Translations under genes and position numbers: made by a program
Shown: positions 12,446 through 25,720 of the stretch, one piece after another
Numbering within the stretch: position 1 is the stretch's first letter
How the letters are laid out: each line of letters opens with the position of its first letter
Origin: Octopus sinensis
Lineage: Eukaryota
Reading direction: 5' to 3'
NCBI RefSeq assembly: GCF_006345805.1
Contig: NC_042998.1
Span: 102,486,001-102,550,000 of the forward strand
DNA: 64,000 nucleotides
The notes under the pieces: generated by a model
The model's database searches: none
Seen by the model: only the letters and a program-made list of their open reading frames with translations
What the model was told of the DNA's origin: nothing

Positions 12446-15129
12446 TGAATCACCGTATGAAGTCGCAATTTCACTTCCCTCTCGTAGACACAACTTAATT
12501 CAAGCAATGCCAACTAAAAGTTTCTTTGGAATATTGTCAAAAATGATTTAATTACCTGAGGACGCTTCACTACGATATCGGAGAGCAAACAAAAAGCAAG
12601 TTTGTTTTTACACACTACATTATATTTCTTTACACATTTTGACAATATTTCACATCAAAATATTTGGCAGACACACTGTACAAAGCGAAATATTACAACT
12701 GCAAATAACGTGTGCAATAGTAGGTAAACAATATGTCAGCCAGAATGTATACCAAACAAGGAAATAAGGAACGATTTCATGAATATTTAATAGAAGAAAA
12801 CATTTCAAACAGTCTAACAATTTATTTTGAAGATAATGACAACATTACAAGAATACTTGCTGGAAGGCATTTTTACTTTTTATAAAGTAGTTATGAATCT
12901 AATCTTGCCTCTTTCATATCACGCACAAGAGTTTTAGATTTAACAAACTTCCTTGAAAGTAATATCAAAAGATGAACATTGTCTGGTGGCTGCAGGAGTT
13001 TACTCAAGAGAGGGTAAAGAAAAATATATCTGTGCTTGAAAAAAGTGTATCTGGTATTAAAATTATCAACAATCATGTTTATCAATGGAATTTAGAAGCG
13101 GTTAAAAAATTCTTTAGAAATTTCTCAATGGAAAGGGGAAGATGTTAAAGTATCCCTTGCTGATTTTTCTAAAATAACAACTCTAGCCGAAATTGCTCGA
13201 TATACATTTACTCGTACATATGCGTTCTAGTATATGTGTCAAGGAAATGCAAGGTTGATTGTAAGAGACTTCGGGAAAGTATATGGAACTTTGGATGGTC
13301 GTCAATTTTGTATTGCAATGCAGACAGTTAAATCAGGCATTACAAAAACGTCCCCGAACATGTTCTAAAGAGACTTCAAAATAATTATATATATGTCCTA
13401 AATATATCTCAAGGTGGAAAAATGATACAGAGCAATGCCCAGTCAAAGTCACAGAGAAAAAGGGATTGAGACTGGTGGTGTCGCGACAGTTACACACTTG
13501 CCACCAGTACTAGTAAGAACCACTTTAAGCCTCTAATTTCTAAGAACTGGGAAAACTACTAAAGAAAGAGAGGGAATTGCCGGAAGGCCACAGAGACAAG
13601 CTCTAATTTCCAAAACACCATTAGCTTCAGTTCTGGAGAAGTGGGTGAGCATAAGCCAGCTGTCAGTCCGAGAAACAAGCATACAAACATACCATTTTTA
13701 AAAGTAAAAACCTACCTATATCACCATTCCCAATGTCATGTGATGTAGAACAGATCATGGTTGCAGAGGAACACATGAAAACGGTTAGAAAAGTATGAGA
13801 AAAGAAAGAGGAAGATCATACACAAAACATAGAAGATAAACTGAGAGGAGTAGATACAACCTCATTAAAGCGACAGTGATGCCACTTCTGAAAATGCTGA
13901 TAAAAACGTTGAAAATGAGGACAAAGGTGTGAGATACACTATTCTTCGAACGTAAAAAGAAACTCGCATCTGTAATGTTATGTATATTGCAGTGATGTAA
14001 AATTCAATTTTGACACGTCAGACAATAAGCAGTATTAACAAAGAATGCATATAATAGATTTGTCTTACCATCTCAAGTCAAATTATGAGGTTTTAAAACA
14101 TATCCCAAATCCATTCAAAGAAAGACGATGCTAAATTATGTCACCGAATAAGGAATAATAACTGGAATAAGGAATGTATTCACGAGCGGGTAAGGGAGAA
14201 TGTAATACATAACTGAACTTTGAAAGTTGGATTGAGGTTCTGTATACACTCAAATTCATATTTAATTTAATCGCTGTGTGTTCTATTGATTAGGGTACGG
14301 TATATGTAAGATTCTACCTGGTCCTCAGAAATGGCGGGTTAGGGAATGTAAGAGAGCAAGCTTATCTGATCTGTAAAATACTTTCACAGGCTGATGCGGT
14401 ACTACATAGATGACGTAAAAGAGATGTTTGGCGTTTATACTTGTAATTACATTTGCGTCGGAGCATGGATGATGGCGATCTGCGACCTGATACGAATTAA
14501 CATATGACCGAGAACGTTTGCACAGATATGTAGCCACGGATGACCACCAAGACCGTAACCTTACCCAGATGTTATACCTATTTAAAATGCATGAAGGAAA
14601 AGCTTTAACCCTGGTGGTGAAGTGGAAAATACCGTGCTGCTACATCTGTGGAACTAATAATACGAGTCATTTTTATTTGGAAGAGTTGGCAGGTTTGACA
14701 AAGAAAGAAGACCGGCAGATGAGGAGGTAGCAACAGTAACAGCTGCTTCTAGAACCTGTTATTTCCAGTACACCATCGATCTTCTGTAGTACAGAATTCC
14801 CATAATTGGACAAATGAAGCTGTCTCTGTATAACAACTAATTGTTATTGCTATATAATTATTAGGTGATGTTTATGTAGACTTTTTCTTTGATATAAACA
14901 CGTATATTTCAAAATTTAATAAAAGTTTGAAATATAAACAAACCTTAATGTAAACAACGTCGTTTTCACATATGTGTTTTGTTTAGGACCTTATTAGCTA
15001 CTAGACAGTATCAGAGAGGAAAGTCATATTGTTCTGTAAGATGAAAAACAATTTTTCATTGCTTCACATTCTAAGAAATTGTAATGATTTATAAGGATGA
15101 ACTCGAATTGTATACAAAATATGAAAACG

Positions 15130-16244
15130 GCCTGTGTCATCAAATCTAGTATTTATCAGGGATATTAGGATGCGGTTTGGGGTGTGCAGTGCAAATTATG
15201 AAGAGAGGACGAAATGTGGTGTAAAATACCAGGCGATGATGAATGATGTCATACCGCTACGAATAATGAGGTATACATGTACCAGAGGTGCTGCGATACG
15301 TTACGAAAATCGAAATGCGAGAAGACAGAGAAATTATTCAAAAAGTGTATGACAAGAATTTAGATGGTGCTTAACGCAACATAAAATGAAGGTTGTTTTA
15401 TAAAAGCATAGGATACTTGTGATATGTCAGTAGTAAGATACTGCACTCCTTTTCTGCAATGGGTAACAACAAAGCTGCAGACCTTAGTAGAATTAGAAAG
15501 CTGCTAACCATACATAAAGCGCAACACTTAATGTATCATAGACCTACCACGAAAGTATGAGGATAGCTAAGCGTAGAAGATATCATTAGTACTGCGATAA
15601 CATGTTTGCAAAACTAGATTGTACACAGTGACGAAAGAGTATTTTCGGCTGCTCGAAATAGGAAAAAAGCTATTAAAACAATAGGAGACCTCATGAACAG
15701 AAGGAAGAACAACAGAACAATTCGCTAGAAAGCGTAATAATTACATTGTAAAGTCATACAACAAACCGAAGAAGCGAAAAACCATATCGCCACTTATAAT
15801 CGATCAGGAACAAATCATTAGAACGTGTAAGTTAAGGGCAAAGATTGATGTAACTTTAGATGTAAATGCAGATCCTATGGGAAAGGAGGCGAAAGTATTT
15901 ATCATCTGTGTGAATGCAATACGTTAGTACACAAAACGTATAACTGCAGGTAAGAAGCTATGCATCAGGATGTTTATCGAGCTAAAGGATTTAAAGTAGT
16001 AGAAACGTGGGATGAATACAAAGCAGATGCTATGATATAAAATAATACTTAGAGGATTTTGTGGCATTTTTGCCCACAAAGAACTGGTCATAATACTGAA
16101 GTGAGAAGAGCAGATACGATTGTAGAGCGGAAAATGGAGGAACAAACAGCCTAATATCATAAACTTTCCAATGCCATATGTTATGGATGCCTAAGAAATT
16201 GAGAAAGGATTGAGAAACATCACGAGTTACTAAGAGGAGAGAAA

Positions 16245-16283
<39 letters not shown>

Positions 16284-16470
16284 TATGGAAGATTGAAATC
16301 CTAAGGATTTTTGGAGTTATTGTTGCAACTAGCACAACACCCAAACTGCTATCTAATAGGTTGAAGGATATAGCCATTGAGACTAGCATTGTTGACATAC
16401 ATAGACATGCAATCCTGTATTCTGTAAGGATCCTAAGAAAGATTATTGAGATTTGATGAGTTTTATCAAC
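15130..16470 (+). mobile_element. R4/Dong-like (RLE endonuclease) non-LTR retrotransposon, decayed 3' half
   Basis: Broken frames give IRMRFG, VVRYCTPFLQW, RIRKLLTIHKAQH, a CCHC-like GKGGESIYHL..EC, ILWHF..RRADTIV, and C-terminal VIVATSTTPKLLSNRLKDIAIETSIVDIHRHAILYSVRILRKIIEI* (stop 16454-16456). Confidence 0.7.
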
Positions 16471-16477
16471 ATCCCTG

Positions 16478-16550
<73 letters not shown>

Positions 16551-16563
16551 CAGTAGTAGTAGT
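16478..16563. repeat. (TAG)n microsatellite immediately 3' of the R4/Dong-like ORF
   Basis: Direct reading. It produces the poly-T, poly-S and poly-L ORFs at 16030-16764. Confidence 0.95.
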
Positions 16564-18070
16564 AATAGCAGCAGCAGCAGCCGCAGCAGCAGCAAAAGTA
16601 TCTGTAGGAGCTGCAGCAGTAGTAGTGTTGGCCGAAGCATTAGACGACGTACGAAAAAACGAAAATATAAACATATCAAATATTTCAGCCATTTTTTTTA
16701 AAGAACTTAGTGTTCCGAATTCGAATTCGATTAAGTTTGAGTCTCTTTTTCCATATTTGATCATTGGGATATATACATATCAAATATCGAGCTATATTTG
16801 CCTGTCTGAAAGAGGGAGACAATATCAGATGTTCCGCTCTTCACTAGAAATGTTCCTGCAGCAATATCATAATCTCATAAATTATCGTTACAAACGTTTT
16901 TCCTTATTCATGTTCACTACAATCATTTAGCTGAGCTGCATGTATCAAACATAACACTCATACATATCAAAAAATCATAGTATAATTTCTTAATTATATT
17001 TGACAACACACTAACTTTTCTCATTTGTTTCACTGTCTAAATTTCAGTTCCACTTATGTTCAATTATCTCCAATTTAGATTGGTACTATATATACGTGCT
17101 ACGTACATTATTCAAAGTGTTTCAGAAAAGTAGTCAATTTCTTTGTTGAAAGTACAGAGACTATATTCGTGATATTAAGGACGAATCATACATGTTACTG
17201 CGTCTATAATTTAAGCATAAACTAGATATGAAATAAATATTTATGAAATAAATCTTATAGTTCGAGTGCACTTAATTTATATAAGATACTACAAATGAGT
17301 TTTAAATAGGATCAGAATTGGGTTGGGTGTAATGAGTGCAGACAATACAAAATAAGTACATCGGTAAAGAAAACTCCCAGCGTGTGTTGGTCAAGACCCT
17401 AACCCTAGAACATTCGCAATGCATTTATTGTAACATCTTATATAAGGAAGCAACAGAGCCAAAGTTCTTAACAAATAGACTGGAGAGGAATTAACAGATT
17501 AAGAAGCAAATATATATAAGACGGCATTTGCCAAGGATTATGGCAAATCATCTAGTTGTAGTTAATGTGATCACATAACAAATAAAACGATGTAACAAAA
17601 GATGGAAAGCAGTGTAAGAAACAGTGACCACGCAAAAACATCATATCATAGCACAAAAATAAGCTGCCAAAAACTAGCATTAATCAAAAAGTGGCAATCT
17701 ACAAGGAATAGTAATCCGGCGAAGTGTACATAAAATATATTCATATATTCAAGAGAGCATCAATAAAAAATACCAAATGTGATAAAGACGAAACGAGAAA
17801 GAAACATATTTAAAAAAACCATACATATAGATAAATTTATAATTTATTATGCATAGCTTTTCAGGACGAGATTAGCATTACTTACAAATGATTCACAATT
17901 ACAATAAAACGACAAACGTCCCTATCTTATCACATATATTAATGAAGCCTATTCAAGGTCAAAGAGAAACTCAAACATACGAGAAAATAAAACACGTACA
18001 TTTCATAAGCATACGAATCTACAAATCTTCGGAGGATAAAATAATTGTGTGTGTGCATATATATATATAT

Positions 18071-20620
18071 TCCACCTGCATCTAATGAGGACGACTGCTT
18101 CACCGACCTGGTTCGCCGACCATCCTAGTGGACGCCGGCTCCTGGCCAATTCCAAGCAGTCGATCTTTTTGCGTGCACCTGCCAGCGCACTATGGACCGG
18201 TTTAAAATTTCCAAGCGTAGCCTTCATCTGAACAGCTTCCCAGTCAAACTTTCGGCCCTTTGATGTCTCCGACACCGCACTGACTTCATTATAAAACCGG
18301 CTGACAAAGGTGGAGCCGTGGTGGCGTGGTGCGCGGACAGCTACAAGGCCGAAGATCTCCGCCAACTTCAAGACACCTCCTTCTACTGCCCTCTTCGCTC
18401 TGACACCACGCCCAGCTACCAACAGAATGTGTCCTCCACTATCCATGACCCCTCCTCCCGTCTCCCCAACCGCCTCTAGCCTCATTGTCCAAACCCTTCA
18501 CACCCCTACTATTTACTTTCCTCCTCAAAATCCACAAACTTAACAACCCTGGCCCCACATCGTTTCCGCCTCCAACTGCCCCACCGAACTTATCTCCAGA
18601 TGTCTTGACCATATCATCCCCCCCCCCGTTATGGCTTCCTTCCCCTCTCACATCCATAACACCAGCCACGCGCTTCGTTTGTTCAACTCTTTCTCCTTCC
18701 CTCCTGGCCCCTCTACACTTCTCTTCACTCTCGACATTCAGAGCCTTTACACGGCGATCCCTCACCACGAGGGGCTGCGTGCACTCCAACATTTACTTGA
18801 TCTTCGACTCAACCCCCAACCCGACACAGCCACATTGGTTCGTCTGACTGAACTTGTCCTCTCACTTAACTGCTTCTCGTTCGCTGCTGATATATACCAG
18901 CAATTCTCTGGAGTGGTTATGGGAAAAAGAATGGGCCCCAAATATGCGAACCTGTTTGTTGGCTACGTTGGGGCCCAAATATTCTCAAGTTTCACTGGTC
19001 CTTCTCCCGAACTATACGGCCGTTTTATTGATGAATGCATCGGTGCTACCTCACTCTCCTGCGAACATCAAGGCTCCTTCATCTCTTTTATCAAATCTTT
19101 CCATCCTCCTCACCACTTCTCCTGCACTATCTCTGACACATCTGTCTCCTTTCGTGACATTTCGGTCAGCATTTATCACTCCTCTCTCACCACCTCCATT
19201 CACTACAAACACACATATTCACACTCCTACTTCAATCCAAGGCAGGTCGATCCAGGATAATATTCACCTTCTCCGCTACACCTTAGATAATCTTCACCAT
19301 TCTCCGAGCTTTCCGGCGACTCAAGTCCGACGACTCCATTCCGCACATCTTCCCTAACCAACCTCTCCCCTCCTTCAAACGAGCTCGTAACCTAGGAAAC
19401 CGCTTTGTCCATAGCTTCTTCCATAATCCAACCTCCCAGCCCGGCTCGTTCCACTGCTCCCGCCCACGCTGCCGCACTTGGCCTTAACTCTCCAACACCA
19501 CCCTCCTCACCGGCACCTATCATCGACTCTATCGCATCACCGACTCCTTCACCTGCTCTTCTACCAATGTCATCTACTGCGTCACCTGCTCTCCCTGCCA
19601 TTCTCTATACATCGGGTAAATGGGACGCCGCTGGCTGACAGGTTCGCGGAATTCCTCCGAGACATCTGACTCAGCAATGACACCCCGGTCTCGCGGCATT
19701 TCGACTCTACCGGTCACTCTCTGCAACACCTGTCCATGTTTGGATTGTCCTTGCACAGGGGCCATCCGGACTCCCGTTTGCGCGTGAACAAGGATTAATC
19801 TTCTCTCTTTGCTCCTTTGCGTCACATGGGCTCTCCTCTCCTCTCCTCCTCTCGCCTCTCTCCCCCTCACAAATACTTTCTCCTGTCTTGATGCGACTCC
19901 TACTTCTTCTCTTCACTCCTACACAGCTTCTCCTTCCCCCTTCATCGTCACCCCACCCCACCCCTACGCATTCCAACCCCACCTTCCCTAACCTTCCCAG
20001 CCCAGCCCACACCATCCCTAACATCCCCTCCTATATACCCCACCTCTACCCCCACCTTCTGCCTACGTACATACCCCGCCTCCACCCCCACCCTCAGTGT
20101 AATCCATACCTCACCCTTATTTTCCCCACTCTCGCCTCCCCCAGCTCCCAACACCATACCACACCACACACCACTACACCATACACAACCATACCATACA
20201 ACATCACATCACATCACAACACCACGCACATACTAGCACTGACCACTTCCCAGCCCCACATCTTTACACCTACACATACACACACGCACAAGTCAAAGTT
20301 ACCAGCCCTCTTCCACATGCACATATATACTCTTTTATAAACACGCACGCGCACCTTCGTTTTAGGATCATCACTACTTTTATTATCTCCCCTTCTTCCT
20401 AGCTCTCCTGTGTGACCCTCTGTCCGGCATTCGCCATGATAGATTGCTAGCCACTACTCATTCTTTATTTTCTCTCCTTGTTTCTTTCTGTGTTCCTTTC
20501 TGTGGAAGAGCGTAGGTTCGAAACGTTAAAGAATGTTTGACTTCCCGAGCGTTAAACTAATACATCTCTTTGTTGTCTACACCACCTGTCTCCGTCTTCT
20601 GTTTTTTGTGAATTCTCCCT
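18071..20620 (+). mobile_element. Penelope-like element (Neptune-like), 5'-truncated: RT + GIY-YIG + pyrimidine-rich spacer + pLTR
   Basis: ADKGGAVV (~18300), KIHK, LFTLDIQSLYTAIPH, GVVMGKRMGPKYANLFVG and RFIDE (19021; decayed Y/FxDD). Then Cys linker PGSFHCSRPRCRT, NVIYCVTCSPCHSLYIG*MGRRLADRF (~19565-19650) and VSRHF. Multiple frameshifts. Confidence 0.9.
20496..20531 (+). ncRNA. Hammerhead-like motif with non-canonical core in PLE pLTR
   Basis: cttt-CTGTGGAAGAG-cgtagg-ttc-GAAA-cg-tt-aaag: stem I cttt/aaag, palindromic AACGTT at stem III. The 5' core deviates from CUGANGA. Confidence 0.5.
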
Positions 20621-20626
20621 ACCTAT

Positions 20627-20665
<39 letters not shown>

Positions 20666-20666
<1 letters not shown>

Positions 20667-21582
20667 CAGGCCATCCCATAATTACTGTCCGATTTTACCA
20701 TTACTCAAAATTGAATGAAATTTAATAGTACTTCAGAATGTCTAATTAAATTGAAAATTATTTTTATGCATTTGTGTACATTGAATCTAATGAAATATTA
20801 TTTTACAAAATAATATAATCAAAATTTCTTTGGTTAAAACCCTTTCTAACATGGAATTATCCCAAGAGCATTTAAGGCACATAATGCTTTATGAATGCAA
20901 AAAAGGAAACACTGCAGACGAATCGACTCGACACATAGAATCAGTTTATGGGAAAGAATGCTTGAATGAAAGAACTTGCAGAAGATGGTTTGCAAAATTC
21001 AGAAGTGGAGATTTTAGCCTTGAACATAAAGATCGAACAGGACGTCCAGTTGAGTTTGATGATAAGGTCCTTAAGACATTACTTGAAGAAAATCCTGAAT
21101 TATCAGTTGAAGAATTAGCAATAAAGCTTAGTTCAAACCATACAACTGTTCATCGTCATATTCAACAACTTGGATAGGTTCCTAAACTTGGAAAATGGGT
21201 GCCTCATGAATTTCCGAAAGCAACCGCAAATCCCGAGATGACATCTACTCTTCACTCCATTGTCGCGAACTCATTTCACCCTTTTTGGATAGACTTGTGA
21301 TTAGTTATGAAAAATGTATCTTCTATCGAAATGTTAAACGTCGTAAACAGTCGCTTGGTAAAACGGCAAAAGCTCAACCATAATCGAGAAGGGAACTTCA
21401 TGGAAAAAAGGTCTTTCTCTCTATCTGGTGGGATTACAAAGGAATAATCCACGTTGAATTGTGACCACCTAGTGCAATAATCAATGCTCAAGTCTACTAT
21501 CTATATATATATATATGAAATTGTATAAACTAAAACAATTTTATTTACCTAAAAACAACAGAAACTTATGTTCCATCCCATA
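20666..21582 (+). mobile_element. Internally deleted mariner (cecropia/Hsmar1-like) with both putative TIRs
   Basis: Left end TA-tcaggccatcccataattactgtccgatttt. ORF 20830 reads MELSQEHLRHIMLYE..RRWFAKFRSGDFSLEHKDRTGRP, then *VPKLGKWVPHE. Coding similarity stops at ~21501 in (TA)n. The right end aaaaacaacagaaacttatgttccatccca-TA is only loosely complementary to the left. Confidence 0.85.
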
Positions 21583-21719
21583 CTTCACAGAAAAATGCAA
21601 CAATATAAGTAGAATACGTAGAAGGAACCACGATGAGAAAAATTACAGGGATAATAGACAAAAAGGAATAAATGATCATAACAAGGTTGAGTAACAACTA
21701 GATTATGCCAAACTAATAC

Positions 21720-21873
21720 GGAGTGGCTGTGTGGTAAGCTGCTTGGTTACCAACCACATTGTTCCGGGTGCTGTCCCACTACGTGGCACCTTGGGTGTCT
21801 TCTACTATAGCCTAGGCCTGACCAGAGCCTTATGAGCAGCTTGGGTAGACGGAAACTGAAAGAAGCACCATCG

Positions 21874-21922
<49 letters not shown>

Positions 21923-22075
21923 TGTGTGTGTGTGTGTTTATGTGTTTGCACGTCCCATACCATCGCTTGCCAATCGAAGTTGCTTTGTTTACTTCCCAAT
22001 AACTTAGCGGTTCGGCTAAAAAGCCGATAGAACAAGTACTAGGCATACAAAGAATAAATCCTTTGGTGAAATTAC
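21720..22075 (+). mobile_element. tRNA-derived SINE, family A
   Basis: ggagtggctgtgtggtaag..ccact acgtggcaccttggg..gtagacggaaactgaaagaag, internal (TA)n(TG)n, then ttagcggttcggc..aagtactagg. Confidence 0.9.
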
Positions 22076-23312
22076 TAAAACAAGTAAAAGAATAAAAGGA
22101 GAAATAATTCCCGAGGATATTCAATATCAGCCGAAATCTCATGAAATATTTTACTCTACATTTATGGAAACAAGCAAGTAATCATAATTAGTAAATATGG
22201 TGGTTTTGAGAAAAATACCAATACAGTAACTTATCAGACAAACTATATATTATCAATATATATTGGCAAAGATTTCATACGAAAACAGAAGCAAGTAGAG
22301 AAGTGGGCTGTCCTAAAATGGTGAGGTAGGCAGAATGGATGTAATATGGAAAACATAAACGCAAAAGCAGTATTACCCGAATTTGGACATTTAAATTAAT
22401 GACAAAATCTATGCTGTGGCGTAGATTAAGAGTCATTAGTATGTAAAATAGACTAACAATAAGAGAACTGTAGCATGTGACAAGGTATAAATCAACAACA
22501 CATACATCATAACTATGATACACAATGGATAAATGGGAAGAAAATCTCTACTAGAAAAATAATGATACTTTATCGAATATAACTAAAAGAGGTGAGCAAC
22601 AAAATTATAAACCTATCACCATAGCAACTAGAAGACTACTACTATCGATAGAGTCCACAAATGATGATTAATGTATTTAACGACTACACATAAAACCGTA
22701 TCAACTGTATAAAAGAAAGGAATTTTTGAATAAAGACCAAGATCAACATTCATCGGTCTGCTAGACAATAGAAAGTATATTAATATTCAAATCTTTACTC
22801 ACACGAGCTTTACCTTCTTCCTTGTCTTCCTTTTCTGCATTTCTTTATCTCTCGGGCATGGTTCATTCACGTGATGTATATATTGCAGTCTATTTGTTTA
22901 CGAACATTCACTAGAGATAGAGATTAACTCGAGGTTACTAGTTCTAGTTTTATAGTTTCAAGGTTATATTTACCTTAATTCCCAGAAATCAAAATAGATA
23001 GTTGCATAGCCATTATGAGTTCATCAATAATATATAAATCATTAGTATTTATACTATCCAGTAGTGTATTCCCTCTGCTATTATATTTAGTCCTGAGTTT
23101 GTTGACAAATATATCGAAGCAGTTAACCAATACTTATGCATGCTACAGACACGCTATAAATAATGTTCTATATGACTCATTCAATGCTACATACACAGAA
23201 GGCAATAATACTATAATGGGGAATCTTTAAACTATACATGAATTAACAACATGAAAATTCATATTTACCAAAAATTTGTCTTATTCCACCAGCTAAAAAT
23301 CAATACCTAGAG

Positions 23313-23520
23313 CAGTGGTTCCCAGCCTAGGGTCCGCGGACCCTAGGTGGTCCAGAAAGGTAGTACTAGGTATCTATGAACTAAATTAAAAATTTCCTGT
23401 ATAAATATATACATAAGGACAAGAATATTACAAGGCGTCCGTGGAAATTAAATTAAAGGTTTGGGAACCACTGTTGGGAACTACTGTTGGGAACCAATGT
23501 GAAAAGGTTGGAAACCACTG
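23313..23520. mobile_element. hAT (Charlie-like) MITE, 208 bp
   Basis: TIRs CAGTGGTTCCCAGCC / GGTTGGAAACCACTG. 8-bp TSD acctagag (23305-23312) / acctggag (23521-23528). Confidence 0.85.
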
Positions 23521-25405
23521 ACCTGGAGAACAAATAACTATAAAATTAAATTGTATAAATGAAAGAGTCAACTGCAGACGGTACAAAGCATGCGAGAAAT
23601 CAGCAACAAACTCAACTCTGTCTGGTTGAATTATTTTAAAATCAGAATATACCTACAACCAAGATCAGTTACCCGTTTGAGAGGAAGCCGACCTACACAT
23701 CAACGCTATAAAATTCACAAAGAATGATCACGTGCGCATACCGCATCAATCTGAATCGAGCCATGGCGTGATACTCTTTATATGACAGTCACTTCAAAAT
23801 ATACATGATCATTGTAAATTTCATATTTTTAGGCAAAAGCATTTTACAATTATTTGAAGCCAACTACTTATGCCTATCAATTTATTCCTGAATATATTTT
23901 TGAATACCATAAATAAGGTGCCCGCACACGCGCACAGACATGTAGCCAGTAACGCACATGTTATACTTCTAACATTGAAATAAGATGTGTAAAGGCGAAA
24001 CGGAAAAAGAAATTCTAAGAATGGTTCTTTAGAAGTTGCTATTAGGATCACTGCAAAAGTGCTGTTACTTTGTTGGCAAACTGAAATCAAATATAAAAAT
24101 AAAAACACCTACTTTGTCACAATTAAAGTCTAACCGTCGGTAAACTTCAAATATCGAAAATATTTTAGCAGACATAAGCGTGCGACTGTATGTAAGCTGA
24201 AAACAAGTGACCGGTTGCATTGTGATTGGAATAGTCGAACAAATATTTCGTTTTAATTATATTGGTTTCATTGCAGATGGATGTGTATAATAGATAATTA
24301 CATTTTTTTTTCATGTTTATAATTTTTTTTTATTCATTAATTATTGATTAAAAGTTCATTGCTCTCTGTACAAATGGAATAGGTGCGTAAATTATTTGAT
24401 AATCAGCAGGTCTTTAAAAAATACATTTTTATGATTGAATATGAAACTAAGTTAGGTCCATTTCAAAACAATCATAAATGTTATTAAGAACTGCTTCTTT
24501 TTGATTGAAAATCAGTGGTGGTTTTCACAAAATAGGCTAAAAATATTTAATTTATTTGTCAATTTCACAATCAACGTGTCAACAAAGAAACAGTTTTGAT
24601 TTAGATAAAATGATACATGTTCGAATTTTCAGTATGTTAAATAACTAGAGCCAAAGAGTTGCTTTCTCCTCACTGTACATTTCCTAACGTTACGACAGAT
24701 GCATCTGTCCCTTACAATGTTTACTCATGTGATACCTTGTCTACTAAGTATCATTGTTTACCAGATACCCTTGTACTAACGCTTATATTTCATATTCCCT
24801 CAAGACTATACACCCATTGGAAATTCAACCCGCCTATTACTTTTCTATGTATTATATAGTCATAGACATAGTTTCTGAAGGTGAGTATCAAACACATTTA
24901 TTTCATCTGTCTAGAAAAGTATTAGAGTACATTGCTACACGTATTTTCTTTAGCACAAATCATACAATCAATACAATCAACGCAGACTTGTCTTAGAAGT
25001 TTCTTTCATCTCCATTGTAATGTACCGTATTGGTGATATCATTAAGTTTGCTCTAGCGGTTTTACAAATTCTATTCTCAGAATATTTTGCATCTTAAAAC
25101 AACTAAGGCGTTAATTATTATACTTGAAACTAATACGAATTCAGTGTGTTTAGTATTTGTTTTTATGTTATAAAATAGCTTTCCAGTTATAGGATTAGTT
25201 ATTAAATAAAAAGGTATATTGATAACAATTTTATCACGTAGAAAACACAAATGGCTGAAAAACTGCTAATTTTCCTCAAATATTGAACTCTCTGTTTTAG
25301 ATATCTAATTCGAATAAAATAATTGTACAGGATATTCGGCATAAATTTCAGTTTGCATAAAAGGAAAAAGAGTCACACTGTTTCACCCACAACTGAAAGT
25401 ATTTA

Positions 25406-25438
<33 letters not shown>

Positions 25439-25469
25439 GCATATAAACTAAATCATGGCTGGAAGATAC

Positions 25470-25720
25470 AATCAACGTAGCCGACCTCAGCTTCCACCAT
25501 CTCCTTAATCTTGACCACCAGCTCAGCCTTGTTATAGGCATTGTAGTTTGTGTGTTCCTGAACGGCGCCCGATACAGAGTAATGTACAGGAATACAAGTA
25601 GGGGAATTAGGAGATTAGAAACTGGAGTGCGTCGTGATGTAGAAATTCGCAGACAATCACTTCTGGCTCTCTCTTGAGGTATGACAGGGAACAAAACCTC
25701 CTGAAAAATGGTGATATTAA
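25470..25720 (-). mobile_element. DD37D/maT-like transposase C-terminal relic
   Basis: Minus strand: aattcccct..ggggcgccgttcaggaacacacaaactacaatgcctataacaaggctgagctggtggtcaagattaaggagatggtggaagctgag, giving GAVQEHTNYNAYNKAELVVKIKEMVEAE, like the 7810 and 32400-32700 relics. Confidence 0.65.

Noticed and set aside
16030-16764. 244-aa minus-strand ORF with poly-Thr/poly-Ala
   Set aside because: It is the antisense reading of (TAG)n/(CAG)n plus the R4/Dong-like 3' end.
18003-20340. Many overlapping ORFs on both strands
   Set aside because: They are shadow frames of the C-rich PLE; only the frameshifted plus-strand RT/GIY-YIG path has recognisable motifs.
23461-23520. Short repeated 13-mers resembling a CRISPR-like array
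   Set aside because: There are no unique spacers, the repeats are copies of a hAT TIR, and the context is eukaryotic.
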